A stretch of 64,000 nucleotides of DNA, taken from assembly GCA_029717555.1 (NCBI GenBank), contig JAMDHS010000014.1, positions 1 through 64,000 of the forward strand, written 5' to 3'. Positions 35,001 through 48,298 of this stretch are shown here, piece by piece. Position numbers and translations under genes: made by a program. The notes under the pieces are model-generated. The model searched no databases and was not told where the DNA came from. It saw nothing but the letters and a program-made list of their open reading frames with translations. Each line of letters opens with the position of its first letter. Position 1 is the first letter of the stretch. Source of the DNA: Peribolospora baueri (Eukaryota).

Positions 35001-38000
35001 TTAATCCCGGCCAGCTGCGGCGCCGGGCTGCCCGTGGATCTCTTCATTTACTCGTTGTATGCGTAGGCGCCGTGACTGGAAAAAAGGAGACGAGCGTCTC
35101 TGTTCACCACAGCTGGGACAGGCAGGGTTCAAGAGGGAGAGAGGGAAAGGTGTCATTCAACGGCTGGGAAAGCGTTTTCCCGAGGGGCTGTCATTAATGT
35201 AATGTGGATTGGAGCCTGCGATGAGGTCGGAGAGAGCTCCACAAGGTGCAAGCGAATACGCAGAGTCACGTTATACGCTCGAGACTGGGACTGACCAGGT
35301 CAACCACATGTTCTACGGCTAGATATGGCGAGTACATCCATCCACCCCTTTCCCCCAGCTGAACCGAACCGAACCGAACTGAGCGGAGCTCCACGACCTC
35401 CGAACAAAAAAAAATACAGGCTCGTACGCGCCCAAGGCGAGCGAGGGATGCATGCCGAAAAGATGACCACCACCAGAGCACTCGCGTCCATCCCTTCCCT
35501 TCCTTCCTTTTCGAGGCGCACGGCATATATCGGAGCGAAGCTTCACACACCCTCTTGCGAAGATCGCCTCGAGTCGTCCGTGCGGCTGGAGTCGATTGCG
35601 GTCGATATGGGACGCCTGCGAGGCGGCCTGGCCCACTTCTCCTCCTCCTCCTCATGTGCGTCGTCGTCGTCGTTACCCTTATGACACGGTGGAGAGATGC
35701 CGTCTGCTTCCACCACACCACCGACATCCACCGGACGATGTTCAGATGTCGTCGATGTCCGGGCGTCACTGCTCTTTCCCGTGCATGTCCGTGTCCGTGT
35801 CTCGTCTGAAGGTTCGCCAGACGGGAAGGCGGTAGCGGGCGTGTAAGGGGTGATGGGCGTGACAGGGATGCTGGCGGGCGGGGAGGACTCGCTAAAAAGC
35901 GAAGGAGGCGGGGTAATGCTCGAGATGGACGAACTATCCTCTTCTTCTTCCTCCTCGCCGTGTTCCTCTCTGTCGTCGTCGTCGTCGTCGTCGTTGTCGT
36001 CGAGGCGGACGGGGCCCGGAGGTGGGGACTGGACGTCTGCTGCATCCTCCCCGGGTTGGAGCTGCCCCTGCTCCCCTCGGATCTTGTTCGTGGTCTCGCC
36101 GTCGGTCCCTGACGGGAAGGTGGCGGGCGGTGGGTGTGAAGCTGGGCTGCTCCATCGTGGCGGCAAAGGCCTCGGAGGTCGCGCAGCGGTCGCCGCCGTC
36201 CGAGCGGTCCGAGCCATCCTCGACCGGGGCCGGGGCCTGGGGATCATAACCAACCGCTTCCGGTTTGTGAGGCTCTCGTCGTCGTAGAAGCCCACCACTC
36301 TGCCTTCGCCCTCCGTCCAGTACTGCCTCACGTCCCGATGCACGGGCGGAGGTTCGAGCTCATACGCCTCCTGCCTCTTCCTCCTCTCTTCCTCGTCCTC
36401 CTCGTCCTCCCCATCCGAGGAACTGGAGATGATGCCATTATCCTCGAAAAACTTGAGCTGCTCGGGAGTAGGGGGTAAGCGAAGCGTCTCGCCTTCTCCC
36501 AGCTCGAGCTCGGACAGGGAGGAGAGGTGAGCGATGGAAGTGACGCCCAGATCATCCTCGAGCTTGGACCCTTGCGCTCGTCCCGTTTCCGCATCTCGAA
36601 GAGCGGCATGGAGAGATCGGGCCTCCGGAGGCACACGTACGCGGCCGGAGAGGATATCGCCGGCTTTGATGCCGGGCCCTAGGTGATGGGGGAAAGCATC
36701 GAGGTGAAGACGAATGAAAGTATCAAGCAGCTGCTTCGGAGCTTCGAGGCCTCCCCCACGTGATTAGAAGAAGGAGCACACTCACAGCAGTAGAACCGCC
36801 TAGTCGAAGGCGAGGAGAGGTGATCGAAGAAAATTCGAACGGCAACAAAGTCAGGCCAACGATCACGCCCCGAAGCAGCGCAGCGAATCGGCTCGGTGGA
36901 GCCTTGAATCCATGGAGGGAGAGAGAACGACAAAGTAACTCACTCGTTCTCGTCGAAACGGTCGATGAACAACTGGGCCATGACCTCGGCGCCCATGTAC
37001 AGTCCTCTGCTTCGCACGTAGGAGAAAATAGGCGCACGCTCGATGCCCATTTCGGCCGAGCCTCCAGCTCCAACCGGGCCCGCTGCGACTGCGAGCTCAC
37101 TGCCGATGGTGACCTTGTGGGTGCGGAAGGAGTCGAGCGCTTTTTGCGTGCGGAGGATCAGGATGCTAAAGAGCTCGGAGTGCGGACATTCAGATTGGGT
37201 GCGGAGCGAGCAGGGTCTAAGAGCATGCCCGAGAAATCAACGAGGGCCACTCACACGTCGAAGATCTGTCGGACGAAACAAAATAATAAGGCGATGTGTA
37301 TCCGACAGTCAGTTCTGTTCAGGTCACGAGCGAACGTGCGGGCTGTGGCGAGTCCGATCGGTACGACTCACGTCGAACCCCAACATGAGACCTGCGGAAA
37401 GGTTGTTTGGACTGAGGGCAGACGGCGCGGACCAAGCTGTGGTGAGGAGACGAGAGCGCCAGGAAGAACAGGTAGGCAGGCACTGTCAGTTATCGCCCGA
37501 ACGTCGTCGCGCTCAGGATCTCAAGTCGTTCGTCCACTCACATCCGTCCGCAAGCCGGCCCATGACGAGGCCACCGCCGCCCGCACCGCCAAACGGTGCG
37601 ATTCCGGACCTCATGGCGGTGTAGATAACGATCCCTTTGGCTTCGTGGATCACTGAAGGCGGCACTTTGCGACTTCAACACAAACGAGGCAAGGTTCACG
37701 CTCGGTTGGGATCAGTTCAGCGAGGCCGAGTAGCCAACCCAACCCGTCCACCGGCGCCGGCGACGAATGCCGACCGCAGAAGCACTCACAGCACCTTCCT
37801 CTTCTTCTTCATCCACCCCTCTCCGCCCTCCACCTTGACCGTCTCCTCCTTCTCGACCACCAGGCCCTGTGCGGTGAAGGCGCGAAGGATGCGCTCGCAC
37901 TTGGCCAGCTCGAGAGGCATGTCGTTCGACTGGGGCCAGAAGCGCTCCGCGCCGACCTCTGTGTTGGCAACGGCACGGCGAACGCGGGAGACGGACGGTC

Positions 38001-38196
38001 AGTGAAGTGAGAATGGGAAGGGCAGAGAGGTGCGTCCTTGCGAGCAGTCGGACTCACTGGCAGCGCCGGCGTTGGCATATCCTCCTGCCCAGTCGGACGC
38101 CTTGATGGCCTTGTGGGCGGCGCTAATGCCCCATCTCTTCCAGCGGGAGTCGCCGGGGGGAGCGGAGGCGCGCTTGGCCTGGACGGAGGAGGACAT
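35001..38196 (-). CDS. SYLF/Ysc84 (DUF500) domain protein with Pro-rich/acidic tail and no visible SH3 domain
   Basis: GAERFWP..ELAKCERILRAFT, KVPPSVIHEAKGIVIYTAMRSG..GGAGGGGLVMGRL, WSAPS, ELAVAAGPVGAG, APIFSYVRSRGLYMG, ENERFYCWPGIKAGDILSG. The 3' end is uncertain (stop at 35543, 35266 or 35001 depending on splicing). Confidence 0.85.
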
Positions 38197-38885
38197 GGGA
38201 GGGGGAAGTGAGTAGGTGTGAAGGTGGTGGCGGTGGAAAGAAGCCGGCGGTGGAAGAGGAAGAAGGGCGACTGACGTCCATGCTTCGATGCCATGCCACT
38301 CATCCATCCTTTCCTCCGTTCATCATCCATCGAGTTCTTTGATACCGTTTGCCAATATCGTCACCATTTATCACACCGGCCCGGCAACGACCGCGCTCGG
38401 CAGCTCGGCACCATCCTCCGATCAATCAATCGCCCGATCCGCCGCGATCGGCTTCGGTCGGCCGAACGCTGCTGCGGACGCGTTCATTAGCAAATGGGTG
38501 GGTCCTCAGCTCGCAGAGCGTTGCATCAGAAGCAACATGGAAGATCAGCAGAGACGAAGGGAATGGAAAGGAAGGGCAAGAGGGGGAGGAAGGGAGGGAG
38601 GAAGGAAGGAAAGAAAGTAGAAGAGAAACAATAAAACATGAAAGCGAAAACGAAAACGGCACCGGACAGGGCTTCAATTTCAGTAAGCCATGACAGGGGG
38701 AAAGCGACCTGTTCGAGAGTTTACGTAGTCGAGGCACGACGCGAAGCTCGCTGGCCACCCGGGCCAGCGACGCACGTATTCGCTAGTGCCCGAACCAGCA
38801 GGACGACTGGACGGACCACCTCCCCAATAATGCTACATTCGGGACTCGGTGTCCCACGAGGTCCGCACCACCTCGGACGACCTCC

Positions 38886-41800
38886 TCAGACCCTACTACC
38901 GATCGGCACCAACGGCGACCTCGCTGGCGTCCTCGTACCTATGACAGAAGCTCCTTCCGCACCGTTCGCACCGGGGCCGTGCCCAATATTGCCCCTGCCA
39001 TTCCGCACAACACCAACGCCGCCGCTATCGGGGAGCACGGGCAGGGCGGCGGCCAGCTTCTTCCTCTTCGTCCTCGGCTCCCACTCCTTTACCCTTCCTC
39101 TCGGCCGCTCTTCGTCCGCCGCTGAGTTGGAGGCGACGGCGGCAGCTGCAGCTGCGGCCGTCTTGCCCGTCTTGGTCGTTCGCGACTTTGAAATCGTCGG
39201 AGTCGCGGTCGCGCCGCTCCGATGGCCGCTGCCCGCTCCTCCTCCAGCGGAAGAGACTCGAGAAAGCGGGGACGCATACCTCTTCGATCCTGATCCCGAT
39301 GCAGCCGCGGGGGAGCCTGGCGCAGCACGACCCGCCGAGACGAGAGCGCCGACGGGACGGCGGCGTGCGTTTAAGCCGAGCGCGGAGGCAGACGGCTGGA
39401 GGGAGTGCGAGTTGGGCACGGAGGGTAACACGGCCTGGACGGCGCGCAGCGACGGCCCACGATTCGTGATCCCCGAGTGGTGCACCTGTGAAGGGGACGA
39501 ATGGAGGCCGGGTGCCAAATCGGAGGGTCGAAGGCGGTTGTCGAAGACTCGCTGACGCGCGGAGAGGTAGGCCGATATGCGAGGTTTGACGAGGTGGCGA
39601 CTGCGAAAGGCAGCGCCGTGCTGTGGGAGACGCACGTAGCAAAGGGCGAGAGGGAGAGAATGAACAAGTCGTGTCGCCTCGAGGTGTGGCGTACAGTCCT
39701 TGACCTTATTCGGACGGCCGGTCGAGTTGACGCGGCAGTTCAATCACTCACCTCGATCGTCCGAACGCTATCGATCACCAAACTGACCCCATCGTGCGAG
39801 TTGCCCCAGCTCCTGCTCCGGAGCCCTCCTCTCGCGCTGCCTTGATAGTGAATCAGCCGGGGGGCGACTCGGAGCGTGACCGACAGATCCGGGACGGGAA
39901 CGGAGATTGGCGTGACGACACGCTTCACGTCCTCGCCGTTGCTTCGCGTCGACGCTTTGGCGTCCGCTTTAATTGCGGGCTGGTCGGCTGCAGTTGGAGC
40001 GACGTCGGCAGACGCGTTTTCGGCGGCCGCGTTCTCTCTCCCTTTGGAAGGAGGGGCAGCAGCGGTGGGGCCTCCACGCGCTTGCTCGTCAACGACGTCC
40101 ATCCGCGAATCATCCTCCTCTCGATCAGCCGGTTTTCCTTCCTTCATCTCACCGCCCGCTTCCCCGTCATCGGTAGCAGCCTTCTCACTCCTCACCGCCC
40201 CCGCCTCCACCTCTGCGCCTCCCCGTTCGCTCCCTGCCTTCTCCTCCGCAGAGTCGACGACTTTCCTAGGCCCACCCCCGCTATCGCCATCCCCTTCCCC
40301 ACGTCCCTCCTTCCTCCCCTCTTGATCCGCGTCATCGCCGAGGACCACCCACCCACCATGAAGGACCATAGCCAACACGTCCGAATCGTCCGTGTACACG
40401 TCGGTGCCCCACAACTTGCGCCTCCTGACAGGTTCCAGCTCCGCCACGGCGTGCCGGGAGGAGGAGAGGGGGGTGGTAGAGGAAAGCTTGGTGGGTTCCG
40501 AGGAAGACGAAGACGTCTCGACGCGAGGCTTCTTGTTCGGTCTCGCTTCCTTCTCCGCTGTGCCTTGCTGGACACCCGGCTCTCCTCGCTCGTCCTTTCC
40601 GTCCTCCTTCTTTCTCGCCTCTTGTCGTCCCTGGCGTCCTTCAAGCTCGCCGTTCCCCTCACCACGTACCCACCACCCGGTTCTTTCTATACGACCGCCC
40701 TCGCCTTCTCTCTGCTCGTACCCCTCACCTCCTTCGGGCCGGACGTACGGCCCAAGCAGAGCCCCGGGAATACGCACCTCGAGCGTAGCGCCGACGTTGG
40801 AAGCGAGCAGATCGCCAGGAAGAAGCGGGTCGACCAGTGGCGTGTAGAGGAAGTGGCCGAGGTGCTTTGGCGTAGACGACAGCTCGCCGGCTTCGTGCGC
40901 AGCCTCTTTTCGCTTGTCCTTATCCTTGTCCTGATCCGCGCCCGGCACGTCGGTCGTCTCGCCCGCTGAGGTCTTGTTACCTGGCCTAGCACCGCCGCCG
41001 CTGGCGACGGAAGCCGCCTTTTGCAGTTTCCTAGCCGCCGCACGCTCTTTCCTCTCCCTAGCCGCCTCCTCCGCCTTCTCCTCCCCGCCCATCTCCTCCT
41101 CCTCCTCCCCGCCCCCCTCAGCGAGGGCGAGCGCAACCTCCCTCTCCCTCCTCGCCCGTTCACGCGTCACCTCCTCCATCCGCCTCAGCACGAGATCGTT
41201 CTTCACCGTCAGCTTCATCGCTGATGGAGACGGAGGATGGAGCGTCTCGTGCTCCGCTTGCGATTGCGCCCGGGCTTGGGCGCGCGCAGCGGCGGCGGCC
41301 ATGCCGGCGGGATGGTAGGAGGCAAAAGCGGGAGGCACACCGCTCCTATCGAGGTGTGAGTCGGCACGCACGGCCTCCTCGCCCATTCGCGACGACGCCT
41401 GGCGGCTCATTTCGGCGGCGGCGGCGGCGGCCTGAGGCGGTAGATAGCAGGGATCGTAATGAGGGTCGAGCCCGGCAGCTTCTCCTCCACCATACGGTGG
41501 CGTCTCCGGGCCCACATACTCGGCGTGGAGATGTGGGTGAGGGTGGTGATGGTGGTGGCGGGACATGGGCTGTGGAGGGTACTGTACCTGATGCTGGCGC
41601 GGAGGAGGCTGCTGCTGCGGATGACGATGGTCGTGCGGCGGGGGAGCGAAGACGGCGGGGGCAGGGGCGTGGTGGTGATGGTGGTGGTGGTGGTGCATCG
41701 CCGCCTCAGAGACGGGCGGCGGAGGGTACTCTGGGAGCATGTGATGATGATGGGGCGGATGGTACGGGTGCTGGTGATGTGGATGATGCGGCGACGGCTG

Positions 41801-44577
41801 GGAACGATCTCCGGGCGAGACGACTTTTCCCACAGCTTTGTCCCCTCGCTCTCCATCTCGCCGCTGCTCCCCGCCCGACGGCTGATGAGGCGAAGCCGCA
41901 TGCGGAGGGTATCCGCCGGGATATATTCTAGTGTGCTCGGTCGCCGCAGGCAATGGAGCGAAGACGGATGCGGAGTGGGCGGACGAAGCAAGGGAAGAGG
42001 AGCCCGGAGGAAGGGGAGCCGGCTGCTGCTGCTGCTGCTGCTGAGAGCGTCTGTCGGCCGATGATAGGACGTTTGCCCCCCCGCCGTCTCCGGCACCACC
42101 ATAGGGAGGCTGCTCCCTTTGCTCAGTGGTGCCGAACACAGCGTCAGAAGGTGCCGAAATCGACATGGGAGGCGCAGCCGCGGCCGACACGGTCCCACCA
42201 GAGCGCTTGCGCTTGTGTGTGCCTGCCTGTGCTTGCGTCGCTGTCGCCGGCGGAGGACCGACGGGCAGTCCGGCCATCGACGTGTTGGCGCTTCCGTCGG
42301 TCGGCAAGTAATCGCCCGGTCCCAGTCGATTCGCCTTGGTCAATCCCGCAGACGCCGGATGCACTGGATAGTTGGGCGCGTACGACTGTGAATAAAGGTC
42401 TTCTCGCTGGTGCTGGTGCTGGTGCTGTTGGTGCTGCTGGTGATGGTGGGGCGACTCGTAGCGCCGAGGCTCCTGGTGTTGGTGCTGCTGCCGCTCTCTC
42501 GCGCGGTAGTCTTCATGAGACTGGTCAAGCGGCGACGTCTGTTGTGACGCCTGTCCGGACGGGGGTGACGCGTGCGGACGAGTGCTGACGTCCACTTGCG
42601 GCCCCGACGGGCGCCGAGACGAATGCGACGAAACCGATTGTCCAGACACGGACGTGGATATGTGCGCCGACCGGCCGGGGCTCGCCGCTTCGCTGGCGGG
42701 ACGTTGTTGTTGCTTGCGGTCCTGGCCGTAGCCTGGAGGCGGAGGCGGGGGAGCATAGTAATGTCCCTCGGAGGGGTGCACAGGGCCCGCGGGGTGCGCT
42801 GACGGAGGAGGTCCTTGCCCCGGCGGGGAGTGGAACGCAAATGACTGCGAAGCGCCTTGAGTGGCGGGCTCGTAGGACGACCTACCACCCTCCGTCGCAG
42901 GAGGCACGACGGCGCCCCAGGATCGTCCTTCGTAACCTTGGCCTGAACCGAGCTGACGCGCCCGCTCATGCTGCTGCGGCGAAGTCGGACCGTAGCTGGA
43001 TGGACCGAGCGCGCCGCTCGCGCTGGAAGCCGATCCCGGCGGACCGGACGGACGGCGAGCCTGACCGAAACGTCCACTGTCAGCCTCGTCGCCACGGTCG
43101 CCGGACAAGCGTGGCGTTTGCGATGGGCGTCGGTGCTGTGGCGAAGCGCTCATGTACGAGCTGGGGGTGGGCGACGTGGGCCGAGGGGGATACTGAGGTC
43201 CGTACTTGCCTCCCGAGGGAAGTCCATACGGGGACATGGACTCGGAATGCGTCTGCTGTCCATACGGGCGCTCGTGTCCTGCGGAAGGAGGTCGTTGAGG
43301 AGGACGACCGGAGCTCCTATCGTCCTGAATGGACGAAGGCGGCGGCATCATCTCCCTCTTGGGAGATGAAAGCGGCGTCGCGTGGGCAGAATAGCCCTGG
43401 GGAGGCAGCGGAGCTTGGGAGAACTTGGAGCCGGGAGGCGAGCCGCTGCCGGCCAGTGTCGGTGCGCGAGCGCTGACCATGTTCGGTTCCGATCCAGCGC
43501 TGGACGAGGCAGGGCGATGACCCTGACGATGAGGGGCCGGGGGAGGACCATAGGGACCGTGAGAAGAGAGCGGCGGCAGCTGAGACGACTGCTGCCGTTG
43601 TTGTTGCACATGACCAGCCGAGCCGCCGTAGTGCCTATCGCGCTCGCGCTCCTTATCCCTGTCCGCACGGCCGGCCGGCCCGAGGATGGAGGACATGCTC
43701 ATGGGGTCGGACCTGGCCGACGCTCCGGGACTCGTATGTGGGCTCCATCCCAACGAGCCCAAAGGAGGCAAACTGGGACCGCGGGACGTCCCAGGAGGAT
43801 TATGTCCCAGCGGCAGCCCTCCTACCGAAGGTGGCGAGGGCGGCGGTAGGGTGAACCGACCGGCGGAAGGTCGCCGGGAGTGCTCGGGCGCACCACCAGG
43901 CGGCAAGACTTGAGACGGATGGGAGGAAGAAGACAAGGGAGCATGTGAAGGAGGCGGTCCAGCGTGGTCCCAGGAGACAGGCGCGCTGGTCTCAGCCGGC
44001 ATTCTGGGACTTGAGGCGGGGAGGGAAGGAGGACCGGAGGGAGGAAGTGGGGGATAGCCTGATCGGTACGAGCGGCGGGAAGGCGAGATTTATGTAAGGG
44101 ACAGAGCAAAGTCAACATGCATGCGTACATATCGGGTGGCGCTCCAACGCACTCGCGTCGACACGGAGAAGAGAGGGACACTGACCCGGATCGGTGGCAG
44201 CGTGTGCTCCGTCGCGCCCGGCACTGCCGCCATACATGACTGGTCCATCGGAGGCGGAGGACGTCGGCCTAGCTCCGGGCAAGGAAGGGGATGCAGAGAC
44301 GTGACGGTTGATTGGAGGCAAGGTGTTGGGAGGGATGTTGGGCGCCGAGGGCGGGTGGGGGGGGTGGTGCGAGATGGATTGCAGGTTGGGCGGCTGGAAG
44401 GAAGGCGTCGAGGAGTCTGGGGGCGAGAAGCACGTGAAGACGAGGAAGGGCAGGAGGATCAGCGATGGTCATGGCTCTGATACGAAAGCTCCGCGTTGGA
44501 CGAGGAGGAGGGTATGTCTCACCGGATGGCATCTCCTCGGCTGACTGAGGTTGGCCTGGAGGGCGGCCGGCGGACAT
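38886..44577 (-). CDS. RXT3: Rxt3-domain subunit of the Rpd3L histone deacetylase complex with a very long disordered N-terminus
   Basis: LASNVGATLEVRIP, RRRKLWGTDVYTDDSDVLAMVLHGGWV, DLSVTLRVAPRLIHYQGSARGGLRSRSWGNSHDGVSLVIDSV. The 5' exons from ATG 44577 and the last exon HGAAFRSRHLVKPR... are inferred from splice sites. Confidence 0.85.
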
Positions 44578-45525
44578 GGTCGCGTGACGGCGGCCGGAGC
44601 TGGCTACGCCGTGCTACGTACGTGGATTATCGAGTGCGGGCGGTGCAAAATGGGGCGGGCGCGATGGGAAGGTGGTTGGACGCGGGAGGGGGGTGAGAAG
44701 GTTTCTCGCACGGCGGTGGATGACGACGACGCAGGTACACGGAGAGGGCGCTGTATGCGCTGGGGTCGGACGGGTGTCGGACCGGGCGCGGTGAAGTGGG
44801 TTGGCGAAGGAAGATTGGGTGGCAGGAGGAGATGAGAAGAAGGGGAAAGAGGATGAGTTGGGCGAAGGAGGGGTTGATGGATGGCGAGGGCGAGGGCGAT
44901 GGTGATGGCGATGGCGATGGCGGATGGAAGGAGACGAGAAGGGGGCCGTCGTTGATCGAGGAACGGAGGACGGAAGGACGACGGACGGGGGTGGATGGAT
45001 GGGTGGATGGAATCGGGCACGGACGACTGCGGCACGCAGGTCGGCTCAGCTCAGCTCAGCGAGAAGGGACAATCGCGCCGGAGCCGCAGAGCTGCTGCGG
45101 CAATCATGGCTCGATAGACGACGCGCAAAGGGGAGGAGAGACGCCGAGATGAGCGATGAGCGGGGAGAAGCGACGCGAGCCGGTCTCCACAAGACGCAGT
45201 CCTCAGTACTCAGTCGGCTGCCGTTCTTGAGCGCCGTCCGGCGACGACCGTACCTGCGAGCGCCCAAGCGTTCCAGCGAGCGAACACGGACCGACCCTTG
45301 CCCATCCACGATCCACGATCCACGACCGAACGAGCAACCTCGCACTAAGCGTGCCGTGCTCCGACAATCGGTCGACCGCATGTCATCCCGGAATCACCGC
45401 AGCCGGCCGGCGGCCGCGGGCTTGCTCCACGTGGGTTCCATTTCCACGTGATCGATCGAATCGAACGGGTCGATTAGGCCGGCAAACGCTGGTACGTCCA
45501 TTCAATACCCGCACTCCCGGCGACC

Positions 45526-46751
45526 ATGCAAACACCGTCGAGCACAGGAGAGCCCTTCTCCCTGACATCGCCCACTAACGTCCCCCGGCCCGCGAACAAG
45601 GACGACGGGCAAACCAGCAGCGACGGGGCAAAACCAGGCCCGAAGGCAAAGGACAAGGGCAAGGGCAAGGTGACGTCCGACGGCTTCGTCTTGCCTTCCA
45701 TTCACGAATTTCCTCCCTTCTTCACGTGAGCGGCCTTTGTCTCTTTCCTGCTTTCGCCTTCAACTCCCGTTACTTTATTTACTTTTCTTTCTCTGCTCGC
45801 TGCCCCGATCCCGATCCCAGCCAGCAACCCAATCCGACAACATGGGCCTCCCAGTCCGCCCTTTGGGCCCAGCTCATCCTTTCCTACTGCCAGCATGCTC
45901 GCATCTTTCGACTCGACGCTGAGGGGCAGAAGGAGAGGGAGTCCGAGTTGTTTTCGAATCGAGCGATCGGTCGTAAGTGCGGTGCGGCTCTGCGTACAAG
46001 GGCTCGAGTTTGCCATGGAGCCCCGCCTCGTACAGACGAGTTCATCCTCGCTCACCCCATCGCGCTGCTCTTCCAGGTCGATTATCCCCCAAAACGCTAA
46101 AGAACATATTTGTGCAGATGGTCAAAGCCGGTAAGTGCCACGTTTGCACTCCGGTTCCGTATGAAGCGCGACGATCCGTTCTAACCCTTCCTTCTTCCAT
46201 CTCCCACTCGCCCTTTCGCCTTCGCCTAACTCGAATACCGGCCGCCGACGCAGGCCAAGCAGAATACGAGCCTCCGCGACAGACGTCGTCGGTGCTCGTG
46301 TATTGGCGCAGGCCGGACGAGTGGGGCGAGATCATCTACCACTGGGTGAGCCTCTTGGTTGTCCTCTCAGACTCGTTCTTCTATCCTTTCCGCTTTCTCA
46401 CCCTCCTCCTGGCGTTCGCTCGCTCTTCTGCTGCTGCGGACGATGGCGACGACAGGTGGTCGAGAGCGGCCTCAACGGCTCGATAATGACCCTCTTCGAG
46501 CTCACCGACGGTGACGCCGTCCAGGGCCAAGGTGAATCGGTCTCGTGCCTCTCTCTCCCCTTCCTGCTGTACCTCGGTGCTCACATCTCCCCTTCTCCGC
46601 TTTCGTCTCGCCCGACTGACCCCGCTTGTCAGAATTCACTTCCCTACCCCCCCCGCTCCTCCGCCGAGCCCTGGACTCGCTCGCCCGACAAGGCAAAGCA
46701 CAGACCTTCCGGGGCACAGAAGGCGATGGGGACGGTGTCAAATTTGTTTGA
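45526..46751 (+). CDS. VPS25: ESCRT-II subunit Vps25
   Basis: FVLPSIHEFPPFFT|QQPNPTT..LWAQLILSYC, LFSNRAIGRRLS, LVYWRRPDEWGEIIYHW, GSIMTLFEL, LRRALDSLARQGKAQ..DGVKFV*. Confidence 0.95.
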
Positions 46752-46767
46752 TTTTCGTTTGATTCAT

Positions 46768-46865
46768 CGATCCGATCCGATCCGATCTGATCCGGTTCAC
46801 CCCCATGCTGTGGGTGGATTCATTCATGTACGACTAGGGGTGACTGACTGACTGACTGACTGACC
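46768..46865. repeat. (GATCC)n and (TGAC)n microsatellites in the VPS25 3' region
   Basis: Tandem units seen directly. Confidence 0.8.
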
Positions 46866-47759
46866 GACTGGTCTAGAATGCCGTCGAAAGCGTAGGCGGG
46901 TGGGACGAGTGTGGATGGAGGATGCGCAGTTTGCTGCACACGAGCACAAGGGGTCGCACACACACACGAATCCTTCCTTGATGGCCATGGCGACGGGACG
47001 GGTACGAGAGGAGGATGGCGGACAAAAGACGAAAGGGAAGCGCAGCCCCATCCATGTCACGTTTACGTCTACGTTGCGTTACGTTACGTAGCGGTCCATC
47101 GTATCGCCCCCGGGTGTCTGTGAGCACAAAGGACGAGAGATTGGGCCGTGCGCAGCGTCGCATTCATTCATTCGTTCGTTCGATCGGTCGTCGGCTAGGA
47201 GCGTAGAGTCGTAAATGGAAAACGAAGGGGAGAAACGCGGCGGCGCGTCGTTCGTTCGGGCAGCGGTGCCGCCGTCCTACCTCGGTTCTGTCTCAGGGCG
47301 CACCGGGTGCGGTGATTTGCGTCAGAGACGAGACGAGAGAGGAGGAAGCAAGTAGCAAGTGACTGTTCAGGAGATGACGGTACTGTACGCAGCGCCGAAC
47401 GACGCTGGTGATGGCGATGACGACGATGATGATGACGACCACGCCGACGATCCTCCCTCCACCGCCTCTGGCTTGTTTGTCCTCGCCTTGGTCTCCTCTA
47501 TCTCTCTCTCTCTTTTTCTCGCCGCCGCCGGCCGACGTGTGCCCTCCACAAAGAGCGCCCGCCCATCCATCCCACTATCCTACCGTGAGTGACCCGTGGG
47601 CTCGCACAACTTCGACGCCAGCCCCTCCCGCATTCCGACCTCCGATTCCACCGCATCGGAACGCCGACCGGCGGGCGGGGCTGGCGGCGCGCTGTGTATA
47701 GCCTTCGGTTCGTTCGGCCGCGCCCATCGCCGCCCCGAAGCATTTCGCCGATCCGGGAC

Positions 47760-47820
47760 GTTAGTCGTTAGTCGTTAGTAGAGTCGGTAGTCGGTAGTCG
47801 GTAGTCGTTACTCGGTAGCC
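47760..47820. repeat. Degenerate 7-mer array G(T/G)TAGTC x~9
   Basis: gttagtc gttagtc gttagta gagtc ggtagtc ggtagtc ggtagtc gttactc ggtagcc. Confidence 0.85.
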
Positions 47821-48298
47821 TGCTCACCACCCGCACACTCCTTCCTCCGCCTCGTCCGGCCCGGAAACAGGCTGTGCCTGCGCAGCAACGTAACCATCGC
47901 GGCCGTCGTTCGTGGTTGTATTTATTAGACCATCCATCGTCCCGCCTACTCTACTCAGTATCAGTCACTCGCTTGCTTGCATAACGGAACCTACCGACCG
48001 GCCATCGTCCTCCTCCTCGTCCCCGGCCCGCTGACCGACGACCACATCACTCTACTCCACTCCGTCTTCCGCTGCCTCCCTCTCCCCTCTCCATCCAACA
48101 CCATCATCCTCGGCCCAGTGCGACTGCGATAGACAGACAGACAAACAGACAGCACGCTCTACCTTCCCTTTCGTTCCCTTTCGTTCCCTTTCTTCTTTCT
48201 CCCTTCCACTCTTCGTCTTCCCTTTCTTACCTTTCCCTTTCTCCTCCCACACCTCCGGCCCTCCTTTCCCTCGCCCTCGCCCTCGCCCTCGCCTCGCC

